The notes: generated from the sequence alone by a model not told the origin. A stretch of 64,000 bases of DNA from Blasia pusilla (GCA_050084515.1 CM114271.1:36208001-36272000), one strand, 5' to 3'. Shown: positions 13,409 through 27,500, counted from the stretch's first letter. A program made the numbers and translations.

Positions 13409-16400
13409 CTGGGTTTAGCATTGCAAGCAACGATAGCTCTGCAAAGGGTCGGGGAAGGAGACAGCCTGTTCCTGTTGTTTCGAATAATGTTGCAGAAAGA
13501 ACACCTATACCAACTGCACATCAAGGTGGAACAATTTTCTTAAGTGACAGCAGCTCCGATGAAAAGTAAAAAGTAATGCCTACTCAACCTCCGCTACCAC
13601 AACAACATGACCAGCATGCACAAAACACCAATCAGGTTTGTATAAACTCATTACCTGTCAATAGCGTAAGTCTTTAAATGACTATCGCTAACTTAACTCA
13701 ATCAGGTACCAAGATCATATCTTGATTTTGCCAAGATGATACTCAATGACATGCCTGAAGGCCCATAGGACAACCCTCCTCAGATTGTTCCACCGACAGA
13801 TGCCCAATTAAAGTATATTGGGTTGTTGGCATACGCCCAGTACGATTCATCAATGGTACTGGGTAGGAGATATCTCAAGTCGACAAATGGGCTGACTCAT
13901 TGATCAGCAAAAATCTTGGGCAATTCTTTTGAGAGAGAAGAAGAAACAACCACCTGCAACAGGCCAGCAGTGCATACTACTTTTTTGTGTTGTTTATGTG
14001 CAACATTACGTTAGTGTTTCACTATAAGTTATAATTCTTATCCTACTCTGTGTTTAGGAATTCAGAAAGAGATCATGACTTTCAAGGGAGTTCCATTTGA
14101 TGAATCTATCCTTCAAGGCAGAAGGCTTCTACCCACTATGCTAGGCTCACAAGTGGCATAAAGTCAGATCAATTCAAGAAACTGAGACTTATGATGAAGC
14201 TTCCCATTGACTCCTTATGGACCTCTCATTTGCTAAGGCTATGCACTTGTTGTCGAAACTTTGAGATGCACGAGAAGATGGAGTGCTCTCTGTTACTCCT
14301 GATAGTGACTAGCATAGCATTGCTGAGGGCCAATTCTTAAAGCATTTGGAAATTCGTACATGGTTGGCGCTACTGCAACTCGTGCATCGTTTGTGAACAT
14401 ACAAACCCCTAGTAGATCTTATGAGGGACCACTTTTGCCCGAGTCACCAAAGAAGAGGAAGTGTACTTGATGTTGGTACTCCAGTATGTCGATTGCCCTC
14501 AGCATGTTGCTTTACTACAGATTTTATTCAAGAACGTCTTCTTGACTAATTTTCTTGGCTGTGAACATGCAAGGCCAACATCCTCGATGTCCTGAACTAC
14601 CTGCTTCTCTAATGTTGTATAAGTAGTAAAATTTTGTGCTCGGCTCTTCACCTATCATTTTAACTAAGCCATTATAGCTATGTTTCATCCCGAGTAGTAT
14701 AACTACTATCCACTTGCAGTAGTGTACTAGCACTACCTTCTTCATAATCTTCTCTTTCCAATTATGCAGCACTCCCGAAGTTTTCTTCCTCTGTGTACAA
14801 CCTTCCTTTTTGTGGGCATTATAGATCTACTTAATATCTTCCACCTGTTTCATTGAGTATCTATTTCAATCTATCTGCTACAAATTCTCTTGGTCATTTA
14901 CTGCTGGTTTATATGTGAATTATATCAATGCTTGATATTTAAACTGACATTTTTCTTAACCTTGGTTATCACTTGTCTCAATGTTACGAATTTTCTCCTT
15001 TACGACAATGATTATGCTTATTGCTTTTCCTGATGTAGTCTATTATTGTATCATCAACTTATGAATTTGCACTCTGATTGCGCTCATCATACTTGGCTCT
15101 CTCTGAACTTTCTATTCCTTTCACTTGTTGTTCATTCTGCACCCCTACTTGTACATATGTTTCCTCTTCTGTAGTTAGTCCTTGTGCAGACTTGTGTTAT
15201 TCTAAACCCGCCTTTGAATTTCTCTTCTTTTATGTTGCAGAAAAATAAGTAGGCTTGCTCTACAACGAGTGACTATCGCTCGCTGGCCAACAACATGGTT
15301 AAGTCTTCTCCTGCCAGATCCAGGAAGTAGCTATATGTACATCATGATGTCAATCACGAGACAATTGACAAGGAAGCCCGGTCGTCGACAATGGTTCCAT
15401 TGTCTGTGTTCAATACAACAATCAAGAACATCAAGATTCTGCAAGAATAGATCTCCAAAATAGATATTAGGAATAAGACTCTTAATCACGTCTTACGTTC
15501 CATAAGTGAAGATCAGGGTCCCAACTTCGCCACTATACTTATTTTACAAGGAAAAATCAATGAAATGAATGAGGTGATTCGTCTTGTAGCGAGTTATTTT
15601 TCGCGACAGGTATCCAAATGATAACATGCTCACTGCACACATTCTCAATCTAGAAACAATTTTCTCTGCAAAGTAGGTTCAGTGTCCACATGCTTGCCCA
15701 ATAAACTCTTCTTGCTCAGCATCAATTTTTGGCTTAGTTTGACTATTTAAGATGTGTTTTTTTTTTTACCGAGTGATTGTGTCTTCATACACTTACTCCG
15801 CTGTAGTTGATACATCTTATTCTATGTGAACTTTCATCATTAAATTGTTGTAATCTTTTCCACATTTCACTTTGCCTGTCATTTTGAAACTTCATACTGA
15901 CTCTAACTTTAAGTTAACACATTTTTATCTTTTGCAAAACACACACTTATCATTGTTTCTGTGTATTCCTCCATGCACAATTTTTCATTTTTTAACGTAA
16001 AACTTTTTGTCGACAGTTAATACTTGCACTTTGTTAGCTATAGACCGGTAACATAGGGTTTCTCTTCTCTTGGCCACATTCTTGTTGTCACTTCATTAGA
16101 ATTCTTACTTCTTGCCATTCATCTATCATCATATTTCCAAAGATATTGTTGTTGTATGTCAATAACAACCTATATGGTATGGAGAACCTTGCACGCACAT
16201 TCTTGGTCCGACGTGTCTCACAAAATTCAATAGTTATTTCAATTATTCTGCTAGCAAAATTATTTTGTGCACTTTTATTTCGACTATGTTCCTTGTGCAT
16301 GAACTTGCATTACTTTAATTCAGACCTTGGTTGTTCAATATTCACTTCTCATCAACTACTCTTCTCGGTATGTTCGGTTCGTTTGAAATAGTTTCCAAGT

Positions 16401-16676
16401 TATCCTGATAGTGTCCATCATCCAAAGCAAAGGTATCTGAATAAGCTTACTCTCCTATTAAGGCTCCCAGCCTTTTCAAACACATACCACCAAGAGTTAC
16501 AGACAATTTGGATTGTATTAATCAAACCACAATGCTCAGCCACATCAAAATGTGAACGCAACTTAATGTTTATGCAATGGCGAGACCAGCTAAGATTCGT
16601 ACACTATACACATTGATGCTTGATCTATTTTGAATTCTTCTATGCACATCCTAGCATAGCTAGGCTTACACACTAC
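10230..16676 (+). mobile_element. Helitron, 5'-truncated at the CACTA junction, with a putative 3' end at ~16676
   Basis: Rep-Hel remnant plus hairpin CCTAGC-ata-GCTAGG (16650-16664), an 8-nt spacer and CTAC|T. The canonical end is CTRR|T, so one mismatch. Confidence 0.55.
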
Positions 16677-16999
16677 TACAAGGCTATCTTACGTAGGGAA
16701 CTCTGGTAACCCTGAATGGCGGACGCAGACAAGAAGTCGCGGAAACGGAGGCGTAACAGTGCCACATGGTTATTTTCAACTTAGTTGGTACATCTCAGCC
16801 CATTGGCTCATTTTCCATTTCCTATTTTCATACTACTATATTATTGCAACTACTTTTGACTTGTCATAGATCCCCACATATTTACATGTTAGGGATACAC
16901 CTACAATGATGTGACAGTAATTTTTTTGTTCTCACTTTTTACCGAACGACCCTTCTCAACATGTTCACAACTTGATGACGGCTTTTCAGGGCCGCATTC

Positions 17000-18990
17000 T
17001 TGTTGAGGTTCTGCACTTTGGTAGGTGTAAAATTTGAGGGAGGAAAAGAGGGCACATTTGAAACTTGTTGGAGTCTCATAGGGGAGTAGTCATAAAAGGG
17101 AAGATTTCCTTGCTACTAACCCCAAGGAGAGAAGGATTTGAGCATGAGAATGACTCAAATCCTCCCCTGCATGATAAGGGTGATGACAAGCATGCCTACT
17201 GCCCATGAGATAATTGATGAGTTCCCTTACGAGGTCATGGAGGATTTCCTCCATGATCATTTCTGTGTACTCAAGGCCAATGCGTGAGGAGAGCATTTGA
17301 ACAAGTTTCATTATATCTTGGCGCTTAGATATCTCGTTGTATGGAGCTTCTTCTGAACATACAAGTCGATTCTATGTCTTAAAATTGTCCCCTGATCGTA
17401 AATGTGTTGTTCCATGTACATCATGATAGATTGGTACAAGAGGGAAATACTTCCCCGAACTCCACATCAGCCGCCTGACAGTTATTGACTCGTATTGAGC
17501 CATATGGGACTATAGTATGAGGTTAAACATGCATGCCCTTGCAACCAATTCCTACATTGTAGACATAGTGTCATCCTTGAGGTTATTCCCATATTGTAAA
17601 GCCACACGATATCACAAAAATATGCAAGGAGATGTCCCTCAAAAGGTTCTTCACCAATCTCCCATCATTCCATGATCATTGCATATGTACATAGTATGGT
17701 AATTGAAAAATTTGATGGTATAGCAAGGGCAAAACCAATGAACTAATGGTGGTGTACACTTGGTGGTGCCTATTTGACCCTCTCGCATGTACATAGCACA
17801 TACTTGGAATAGTGAGCAGAGTCTCGAAATGTGCAATCGGGTCTTGCAAGTGATAGAATGTCCCCATATGGCCTTACACAATGTTCCTATTCATGTTAGT
17901 GAACTATAACATTCCACCTTGGTTTTCCATGAAAAGGGGTTTTCTAATTCTAGGATTGATCATTCCACTCACAAGTTCTATATTGTTTCCTTTTTGTAGC
18001 ATAAGACTTGATATTTAGCTCCATATGTCATTGATATATTTGTTTCACTTACTACCAAACACTTTGCTCATACATGGTTAATGCATTATTTACATTCTAG
18101 GGCCAAAGATGACTTGTTATCTAAACACTTACCTTGAGTTTCTTTTAGAAGATCTCTTCACCATATAAGGGAGATTATATCATGAATAGAACATTGATTG
18201 CCTTGAAGAGACGAGGGTCTTTAGACTCTAGCATGGGCCATACTAATATCGAAAATTCATGATACATCTAGTAATGCAACTTGCACCATCGGATTTGAGT
18301 AGGGTGGAACACCAAATTTTATGCAAATATCTTGCATTTGCTTGGCCTTGGATGCCCATTGGATAATTGCAATCGGACTTTCAAGATGATGATGTCAGTA
18401 GTTGGGTTACCGGTAAGGAAACAAAGACCCAATGGTCTGACCTCCATTGATTGATGAATGAAATGTTATACATAAAACACACTTGTAGGCATCAATTGAA
18501 CTTAGGGCAACCACATACAAGTTGTTGGCCTATTTAGAGTAATGGGCACCAGAAAAATGAAGAAATGAGGACCCTAAGTATTAATGCAATTCTAGGAAAC
18601 TAATATGCTTTTCAAACCTTGTTTGGGTCTTCATGGATAGATGGATGTGTAGCAAGGAGATATATGTCTTAAGGATTAATTTTGTATGGAGGAGGAAGTT
18701 TTTGTGGTTATCACATAGTTGGAGAGGGTTTTTCCAACTTCATTCATGATCATGAAGAGCCATTTCGCATCCATTTGGCTATATACGTTAGCATAGCCAT
18801 ACCTGTGCATTGTAGATGGAAATATTTTGTCAAGCGTTACATGTACCAACTTAGGGGCCTAATTTGAAACTTGGCTTGAGTAGAGGGGGAGTATGGTAGA
18901 GGGCTACATCTTGGACGAGGCCATATTCTACACATCCAAGTTTTTGGGTTCATTTAAGATCGCCGCACTAATGGCTCAAAAATCTCAGAT
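17000..18990 (-). mobile_element. Highly decayed transposon-like coding remnant, family uncertain (possibly MULE/SWIM-type)
   Basis: Short Cys/His-rich minus-strand ORF fragments in CpG-poor sequence between TEs; no decisive motif recognised. Confidence 0.25.
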
Positions 18991-19031
18991 AATAGATGAT
19001 GAGGGCAGTGAAGATGACAATGATTAGACAG

Positions 19032-19748
19032 TGTCAAATGCCTATTCCCTTGAATTTTGGCCTTAAGTTTCATGGAAGCTTACGTTCAAAAGGTCACATT
19101 CTCCTTACAGATATACACCCAAATACACTCATATTAGCCATAGTTTGGGTCAACCACCTTGGATCTGCCGAGTCCTGGTCTCGGGCCATCCCTCAAGCTT
19201 AACTAATCTATATGGAATCATATACCAACCTAAACCCTCACTTCCCAACACAGACAAGTCTTTCAAGACTTGGAATAGAATTTCTTGATATTAGTCTAGG
19301 AACCTAAAATGGCACTAGCGTGGTTGGCAGTCCCATGACCAACTACCAAATGGATGTGGAACAAGTCTCTAACCAATACTCAATATCTGAGCCACGGATC
19401 AAGATCCAAGGTTGGTATCCATAGCTAGCCCACTTGGAATTGACTTGATGTCTAAACCCCAAAGCCAATATCTCAATCCATTTCGTGTCATTGGTTCACC
19501 CTCATGGTTCCCAAGGTGGAGTTTAGGTTCCAAGCAAGGTTTTAGTTTCCTTGGCATCCACCTCTTATGGGACTTAGACTCTTCTCAAGTTTGGTCTTGT
19601 TCTGCTAGGTGATGACCTTCATCATTTGAGACACCCATCAAGGCTTATATCTCACTCATGAGACTCTAACACGCTTTCATCCTAGTGTGAGCAGACTAGA
19701 GTTGTGATGTTCTACGTTGACACGCACTTGGTTGTGAGGGTTGCGACA
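19032..19748. mobile_element. Solo-LTR-like repeat, same family as 58897-59915 and ~42390-42890
   Basis: Starts TGTCAAATGCCTATTCCCTTGAA (cf. TGTCGTGCGCCTACTCTCCTTGAA at 58897) and ends GTGAGGGTTGCGACA (cf. ATAAGGGTCGCAACA); shared internal actcatattagcca...ccctcaag block. No clean TSD. Confidence 0.65.
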
Positions 19749-22029
19749 CTCACATTTGTTTAGATAGTTTGATGCCCTCATAAACACAAATATTTTAATA
19801 TCAAGTCTTTTGGGAAGCTAACCCCTCGACATTGAATTATGTTTTAGTAGGTAATCTGCAATTCCTCTTTTGGCTTAAGTTTTAGGTTGTCGCATGCACC
19901 ACTTAAAAAAATTTAGCTATTCATTCTTAAGTAACCCTAGATTAGCTTCCTTAAGTTAACCTAAGCTATCCTAATAAGCTAAATAACTAAGCATGCTACC
20001 TAAGACTTCACTTGTTCACAATAGGTAATTAAATATCCCACATGTTTAGAAGATCCGCAAGAGGCATTACTTTTGGATAACTATTGAATTTTACTTAGGC
20101 GTGTTACTGAATTTACTACTGACTTCACAATTAAGATCATCCCAAGCCTCAAGACAAAGTAACATGCCTTGCCGATGCTAGGGCAAGCCCAACTGTTGGT
20201 CTTCCAACATTTGTTCTTGTTCTAGATGCGTATCTTACATTGATCACCATCTCTTTATGGGTAGAATTGTGTTGCAGCAGCATATATACTTAGAAGTAGA
20301 TAGATCTTGCAGAAAGTAGATTTTATGCATCATGATTTGGAATGAAAAGCTTAACATATTTCGTGAATATCACACGTTTTGATTACAATCCAATGGATGA
20401 TTCGCATGTGAAATTAACTAAGTCCCTAACTTGTCCCTAACTTATCAGATATGCATATGGTCCTCAAATTGAATCTGTTTAAACGTAGATAAGTTGGTCT
20501 AATTTTCTCTATTTGTATATGCACTTCCTCGTAGATTGAGTCTATCATGAGCTCTCTCGAGTCCACAACGATTGGCTCAACAAAAAAACTCCTTAAAGGC
20601 TTGAGGCTCTTCAGTATTAAGCACTTACTCCCTCTTTTTCAACTTTTCCTTATGCTCTTAGGTTCAAAGTCTTCTAGCCTAGTGCTCGATATCAAAAGGA
20701 AACCCACTATTAATTTGTATGTTGAGGGATCCTTAGATCTTTTAGAAGATACTACGGTCGGCGTCCAAACTTCATTTTTTTTGCATACAAGTGACTCTAG
20801 GCCTCTTGCCAAAGGAACCAAAAAAAAACATAAACCCTTGCAGGTCATTGCATGATTTCACTCCCGAGTCCCAACCAACCATGTCCCCTTCTTGACTCTT
20901 TGAGGTATTCCCCATCTCCCTTGTCATTGAGCAAGACTTCTCAAGCACAAAATGAGGAACCTGTCTTTCTCAAAGTGTCTTTTATGAGGAATAAAATATG
21001 ACTTTGCATATTTGTGACTCCCAACAGTCCATTCCAAAACCATTGTGACTCCATTGCAAGTCCCAAAAGCCATCATTTGTGAGTCCTTTGCGAGTATAAC
21101 TCACAATCATATTTGCAGCTCTATTTCTTTCCCAATGCGAGTCTTCGTAGTTGCAATGGCACAATGGTTGTTGCAATGGTACTCACAAATCAATCACAAC
21201 TAGTAATGGAGTTGCACAAAGAGCAATTGCAAATTGGACTTTGTGTCTCGATGCCTCTATCCATACTAGTGTTGGAAATTGAAATTGACATCATGGAGAT
21301 TTAAGGGCCTTTTTTTGGTCATCCCTTTGTGGTTAAGATGTTAAGGACAAGTAATCTCAAGCTAGCCACATCAAGTGGACCCGGGGAGCGTGCACTCTCC
21401 CAACATCCTCTAAATTTCACGTGAATTGGTCTCATAGATCTCATAAGGAACAAAATTCTCCTGTTGAGAAGAATCTCCTCTTCCTTAAAGCTCTAATACT
21501 ATGTGAAAATTAGTACTAGTATTGATTTTCTTGGGAGGTGTGGGAATCGAATACATCTCCACCATAAGCTTTTTTTAGGAGTGGGGCTTTGCTTGCCCTG
21601 ATTATGATGTCAAGGTTTCTCCAAGGAGATACACCTATCTTGATGGATCATGTGATCAACCCATATAGAAGAGTGGGATCTATTATTCCAGCAACCATTG
21701 GGATCTACCTGAGCGCTTCTCCTCTTTGCTACACAAGCAATTCTACCCCCTTTAAGTCCTTTGATTACAAAAGGGCTTGATCGACTTCAATAACTTATTT
21801 TTGAGCATTTGCACCAATCAACTTTTCCACTATTCTCTCTAAGGCATCTTCTGACACTCATTGAGCTCCTCTATATTCATGTGGGGATGTAGGAGCGGGG
21901 ATATGGCTTACTAAAATCCTCTTAAGTTTCCACTTCATCTTCCTCAGAGTATATTCTCAACAACTTTGGTGACACCCCTTCGACTTCATCATCCTTCTCT
22001 ACCAAGAGTGCAAAATTTTGTATAGATAG

Positions 22030-22410
22030 AGCCCCTTGATGCCTAGGGTATTCATATTTTTGATGTGCACATGGTGGAGAACAAACAACTATCCATAATG
22101 TGATTAAAGAGAAGGTAGTATCAATGGCTCATATTGCAGTGTACATTGTTGGTGACGTTGGGCAAGAGAAACTTCTATCTATGTTCTACCTTCTACCATA
22201 CAAGCAACCTCTCGTTAAAGAATTAATCTTTTTATGTCTCTTGATGGCTTTTATTTATTGGATAATGTGATTTTTGCTAATCCAACACCTTGTGACTTGG
22301 TATGCTGGGCTATATATACCAAAGCGTTGGCTTGTCACCATTTTCTTTTTGCATTTCATGAGGCTTTCTCTTCTCGACATGTTCTTACATTTGTTGGTTC
22401 TCTTTTAAGG
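22030..22410 (+). mobile_element. Decayed 3' fragment of a CRE/R2-type (restriction-like endonuclease) non-LTR retrotransposon
   Basis: Translates approximately to CAHGGEQTTIHNVIKE...VLPSTIQATSR*RINLFMSLDGFYLLDNVIFANPTPCDLV, matching the zinc-knuckle plus R-x-D...D-V-x-x-A-D-P endonuclease pattern. Confidence 0.55.
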
Positions 22411-22713
22411 TAAAATGTGCCTAAATCCTTAGGCACATTTTACCCATAATTTTTACATTTCACAAGCTTCCACTAGTGATATTTAATCTCAATAGAAACT
22501 AAAATTATGAAAAAGACACAATATCAATAATAAATATAATAACCCACAGAGGAGCATACAAATATCAACAACGTAACATTTGAGGTCAAATTGCCAATCC
22601 TTACATATTGGTCTTCTTTGTCCTCAAGATCTATGTTTGGTTACGACCCCTATAAGCGTCCCTTTTTTTCTCTCCATCTTCCATCTACACAATCCATGTG
22701 CCATAATTATACA

Positions 22714-22745
22714 CTAGTGCAAGCTGGTGCAATGCATAGGTTTAA
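22714..22745 (-). mobile_element. Helitron-like 3' terminus on the minus strand
   Basis: Minus strand reads AACCTATGCATTGCACCAGCTTGCA-CTAG|T: an imperfect hairpin followed by CTAG-T. Confidence 0.45.
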
Positions 22746-23641
22746 ATAACCTCCCATAATTAACTCTCAAAATTTTAAAGTGTTATTTTGGATTAATTTC
22801 TAACAATCCTATTGATTCAAAAAATAAACGACTTTCTTAATTGAAAATGCCAATAATAAAAAAGAGAGGTGTTTGAAAAAAAGAGATGTTTGCAAAATAA
22901 AAATAATATAGATTCCTTTGGTTAAAAATTCCAATGATTAAAAATGTTTAAAAAACTCTTTCCAGTAATAATATAAATTCTTCCCTCCCGGAAATGCCGG
23001 GGCCTTTTCTTTTCCCGTCCAAATTTTGAGCTTCACTCTTGGAGTCCTTTTTATAACTCATGTGGTTCCCCCAATCACGCTTTTCATTCATGCTTTCTAT
23101 TCCCTGTCTCCAAAGGGCCACAAGCTGGTTTCGCTCCCATTCACGGATTCCTTCTTAATAAATCGCGTAACGTTGCTCTGTACGCAGAGTTATCTTGCGT
23201 ACAATGCTTGAAGTGGACTATGTTGGCGATCGCATACGATTACAAGAGCGCTCAGCACAGGTCCACAACTGGGTGGGCGTGTACTACACTAGTTGGCCAT
23301 TTGGAGTCATCTGACTACGATCGAGACTTGGACCGGAGTGGTGAACCCTTTGTCGCGAACCCAGGTCTCTGACCTACAGTCAGCGGGCGCTGCAGCGAGC
23401 TTCGTTCGACTGTTGGCTCATTGCATCGTGGTAATTCTCTCTCGATCGATGGCGCATTTGTGTGTGATTTAGGGGTGGTTTTGTGGCGGGGATCTGCAGG
23501 AGAGGAGGGAGTGCGATTGGGTGTTGAAAGTTGGAGGAAAGGAAACGATCTTCGACAGCTGCGAGCGCAGGGAGGGGATTAGATCTGTGCTGGGAAGGAA
23601 GAAGGCGCCGTGGTGTCAGGAGAGAAGACGGTGAAGTGCGC

Positions 23642-24590
23642 ATGGGACTCGTGAGGCTAAGGTTGGCCCGCTTCGGGCGACGGAATCTGCCTTTTTATCG
23701 AATTACTGCGGCGGATTCGCGTTGTCCTCGTGATGGGAGGCACTTAGAGGTGGTCGGACACTACAATCCTATGCCAGGTGCGAGGTTAACGGGTTTCTGA
23801 TCCTCGGCTCTTCTGAGGTTTGGGACTCCAGCGCGTCGAGTCGTTGGTTTCCGGTTTGTGGCGTGGATTTCCACCTGATTGAGTTTCTGACGGTATGATG
23901 TTCTCATTTTAGAAGATAAATCGTAGTTTAGTGAGTGTCACGAGAGAAGCTGATAGTAGCAAGTGGTTCCACGCAGTAATACCTTCTTAGTTTCATCAGA
24001 GAAGCTGTATGTGCTCACAGCTGGTTGGGAGTAGAATGGTGGATACTTGATCTGGATTAAAATATGTCGAGGCGTTTTGCACTATTTCGAGGGAGAAATT
24101 TATCTCAATTCGATTTCTCTGTTTTTACTATTTCCGGTGATTGATCGTCTGTCCTATCTTTTCATTACAGGTAAGGATGGCCTCAAGCGTATTGGAATCA
24201 ATTCTGAGAGGATTAAGTAAGTTCCAATTCACAGTTCCCAACCCTTTCCTTGGACGTTGAAACGGCGAAACACATTCTTCCATCATTGTTTTCTTGGGCT
24301 TGTTCATGATCCCGTCATGGATATTACGAAATGTAAGTCATTTGCAACCATGGGAGCTTCCCCTGTGCATAGTTTGGTCGTAAGCTTCTAACGTGCCGTA
24401 CTTCATGAGAAGTAGCTCCAAAACTCAAATGCCCAACTTCCCGTGCAGGTACTGGCTTTCTGTTGGAGCACAACCCTCAGACACTGTAGCGAGATTGCTA
24501 CACCTAGCAGGATTGATGCCAAAGCCTCCTGTATCGCATGCTGTGAAGAAGGGGCCTCCTCCCTCAAAGATAGTAAATGAAGGGTCATAG
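23642..24590 (+). CDS. RPS16: Nuclear-encoded organellar 30S ribosomal protein S16 (mitochondrial-type), 107 aa; exons 23642-23777, 24171-24216, 24449-24590
   Basis: Spliced translation [78 protein letters not shown]...; GT-AG introns; frame conserved (136+46+142 = 324 nt). Confidence 0.95.
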
Positions 24591-27500
24591 AATGGATTTC
24601 TTCACCAATATCCACACGAATGGCGTTTTCTTCAGAGTGACGAAGAATGTTCGCAGTTTGGCAATGCGGTGTTCTGGTACGTAAACTCAGCATCCTGAAG
24701 TTACGTCAAACACTCATGCTGTGCTGAGTTGGTTGATGTGGATTAGCAGAGAAGGCCCTTGCACCGTGAATGTTTGACACTGGAGAAAGGATATAATTTA
24801 CTACCCTCACAGTCAAGGAATGTGAGAGGAACTTTGTGCTGCACTGTTGAACGTATTCCTATCTTAAGCTGAAAGTCTTAAAACCATGATTTCATCAGTC
24901 GGTAATTGGCTTCTGTGTTTGGCATAACAATTTTGCGAAGGTTGGTGGCTAACTGAAGATGGCTTCTGTGAACCAGATATTTGCAAGGAAAGCAAGAAAT
25001 TAATCCACACGGTTAAATCACTTCGCGTGTGATTTAGATACTAGCAAGAAAGGCGAGACTTACCATCATTGTGCCAGAGGTCACTTTATACTTGTTCCTA
25101 GTCAGAATCCAGATGTAAAGGTTCAAGTTAACGGACTTTTGGCTGAAAAGTTGCCCAATATCATTATGGATGGAATGCTTGGAAGAATGTCCTGTATGTT
25201 TGTCTACTTGGTTAAATCTCCTGGAGCTTGGTTCATTGGAACAGTCTTAAGTTCATGTCATATTTCCACCATCTGGGAACCCATACGGGGTTACTGTCTG
25301 GCTTGATTTGTAATTCGACACATGGAACAATTCTATCCCAATCAATCCAACAAACCAAACGTCTGAAGTTTACCGAACTTCGTCATTTCACATGACCTGG
25401 ACCAATCTGAAATATGTGAGGTTCATGCCATAAACCTTAAATTTTTAACAAGATCCCATACAAACAGGATGTCTTCCATCTATCTTGCCAGAAACGCCAA
25501 GGGGGAGTTGTTTTAAATGGACTTATCTTCCGGAACTTCGCATTGCGAGACATGAAAGTCATTACCCAGCCACATGGCAGAAACACCTTGCAAAAGGTGC
25601 TGGGAACAGAGAACGGAAAGTCCTTGTGGGGTGCAAAATTTCGGCTACATCCTAGGAAATTCTCAAACGCCCTCAAACACCAGATCATTGAGACACAATG
25701 GCCACATTGTCACTGCAACGTCATCCACCTATTTACTGGACGTTACTGAACCACAAGTTACTTTCAGCCAGGTTTGGCATGGCACAGTCCTCAGCGTTGT
25801 ACAATTTTATTTCATCCCTATGATTTGATCGAGGCCATCACGCGAATTGCACCAGTCTGAATCTCTCCATCTTACGTTACCCTCTCAACATGCTTATGGA
25901 GGGGATTTGACAACCCGTGTCCCATCTCCAACATGTGAAGTGGAGCTCAAGTATTTCGAGGCTCATACAGAATGACGAACAAATCACTACACGCGGGGTC
26001 ACTTGGAGCCGTAGTGGACAAGAAACACAAAATGTGTAGAAGCTGTATCAGCACATTATCAGGGGACATGGCCTTGTGAAAATAAATATAGACCTCAACT
26101 GCATACATGATTCGTATCCTGGAGACACTTGCGCCATAGAAGCTCCTAAACAAAATGGCGGCCCTTCGGAATCCGGATGCCCCCATACACGTTAAAATGA
26201 AGAAAGTGGGTGCATGGGCCCTTGTGTGGGGTACAACAGCAGAAGCCATCCCAGAGGAAAAGTGACAGCTGAAAATGAAACTAGCACAAGACACTGAGCA
26301 TTTTCTTGGCACTCTACTCATGAGTCAGAGATTGGCAGAAGTCTAAACAAAGGAAGCTCTTGCCATCCGAGGCAGGCTCACTTGTACAATATGAAATGGC
26401 CTGGAATCCTTCAACTTGTGCTCCTCTGCACGCTAACATCTGTGGGATAACTTTCTGAGTAGTGAAATGATCAGGACTGAGGAAAATGACATTCGTTGAT
26501 CGGTTGATTCAGACATTCTATTTCTGTACAAAGTGGTTCATGATATCTATGAAGAGCTTTCCAGTTACTCAGACTGTTACGGAGATGATTTCTGCAGAGT
26601 CATAGGATAGTCTGTAAGCACTAGGCAAATGTCGGACACCATATACTAATAGCTGCCTACACTGTCTCGAAAAGCCCACTGCACAGGGATTTCAGTTGCA
26701 GCTATCTTGAATCGAACTTGACATGGGTGAAGTTGTGTGTTATATCTGGACTACTTGAAATTACTACCCTGAAAAGATTGGTTGAAGTTGTGTTCAACTA
26801 AGCAATCTGACTGAGTTGGAATTGTAATTGATCACAATAGATGGACCCTGGCTATGGTTTTGGGGAGACTGGTTTTCCTAAAATATCTAGCTACCTGAAG
26901 GGGGCAGGAAGACCTCTCTCTCCCCCCTGTGCTAGAGTCAGGAAAGCCTTAGACGTTGTCCTGGATATACGGTCCTTTGGTGGCATACCTGCAAGAAACA
27001 CTTGGTTTTATGAGACAAGTTTATTGTTGGAAGTCGTCAGTGCATTCCATCAACTTTCCTTTTACTTGCGTCCAGAAAAGCACAATTGGAGAATAAATTA
27101 TATTTGCAGTTTTTCTTTCCTTAGTATCCCTTCATAAATCAGAAGGCTTATCTTCCTTCTTCTGTTCAGATACTGCATTCTCAATCTGATTGTCCAGAGT
27201 TTCTCTCTCTCTCTTCTCCAGGCAGAGACAAACTTGACTGATCTTCCACAAAGTCAACGTCTTGCTCTGGCTCTCCTACCTCCAGCATCAAAGTCTTCTC
27301 CAGAGCTTATGTATCGGCATACTCAAGAAAATCCATCAGCCCTTCTTCTGTAGTTGTATTCTTCAAGTCCCCCCTCATCCCATCTTTCTTCTCTTGCCCG
27401 GGAATTCCAGCTTGGAAGACTCACGTCCACTGCTTGGCCTATCAAATCTGGAGGTTTCCCTTCAAGCAATCGTTTCGGTCTTGTTATACATTCTTGTTCT

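Noticed and set aside
20500-22000. Possible retroelement gag/protease remnant
   Set aside because: Composition is TE-like but no motif could be read with confidence.
25437-26430. Minus-strand frames whose stops could be 'repaired' by U-to-C editing
   Set aside because: Every stop codon begins with T, so this is uninformative; stop density is near random, and such editing is organellar.
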